From positions 477,525 to 541,524 of the forward strand of contig JBJOMY010000002.1 of the NCBI GenBank assembly GCA_046052125.1: a DNA stretch of 64,000 bases, read 5' to 3'. This document shows positions 63,955 to 64,000 of this stretch, in pieces. Source of the stretch: Cyanobacteriota bacterium. GTDB taxonomy: Bacteria > Cyanobacteriota > Cyanobacteriia > PCC-6307 > Cyanobiaceae. A model generated the notes under the pieces. That model was not told the origin of the DNA, searched no databases, and saw nothing but the letters and a program-made list of their open reading frames with translations. How positions within the stretch are numbered: position 1 is the first letter of the stretch; the number at the start of each line of letters is the position of its first letter. A program made the translations under genes and the position numbers.

Positions 63955-64000
63955 TCAGCCGATGGCGGGGGCAGTCAGAGCCACGGGGGTGGCTTCTGCT
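63955..64000 (-). CDS. psbA: Photosystem II D1 protein, 3' end only
   Basis: Minus strand reads ...AEATPVALTAPAIG*, the D1 C-terminal extension. Confidence 0.88.
   Translation of the reverse strand, partial: AEATPVALTAPAIG

Overview
GC-rich core-genome window from a picocyanobacterium (Synechococcus/Cyanobium-type; inferred from gene content and order). It is densely packed with housekeeping genes (tgt, cobS, purH, ispH, sfsA, murJ, glyA, cinA, leuCD, pth, ntcA, rph, dcd, thyX, glmM, trmB, ileS, gatC, pyrB, coaBC, sat, ftsH, aroC, nth). It also carries photosynthesis genes (psbK, psbI, psbN, psbH, psbO, ndhP, crtR, 3' end of psbA) and three tRNAs (Arg-ACG, Leu-TAG, Ala-CGC). I saw no transposase, integrase, prophage or CRISPR array. 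The best leads are: (1) an LptD-like DUF3769 protein that seems to carry an internal PagL-like beta-barrel with an HHRSG motif; (2) a CobA/CobO paralog with a degenerate P-loop, translationally coupled to dcd behind an NrdR-like palindrome; (3) a possible ribbon-helix-helix protein with a histone-H1-like tail; (4) a LysR-like gene where amt1 is usually found; (5) a multi-hairpin leader upstream of the DUF3155 gene; (6) a Hik2-like kinase with only one Cys in its sensor domain. All family assignments come from motif recognition by eye, not from database searches.
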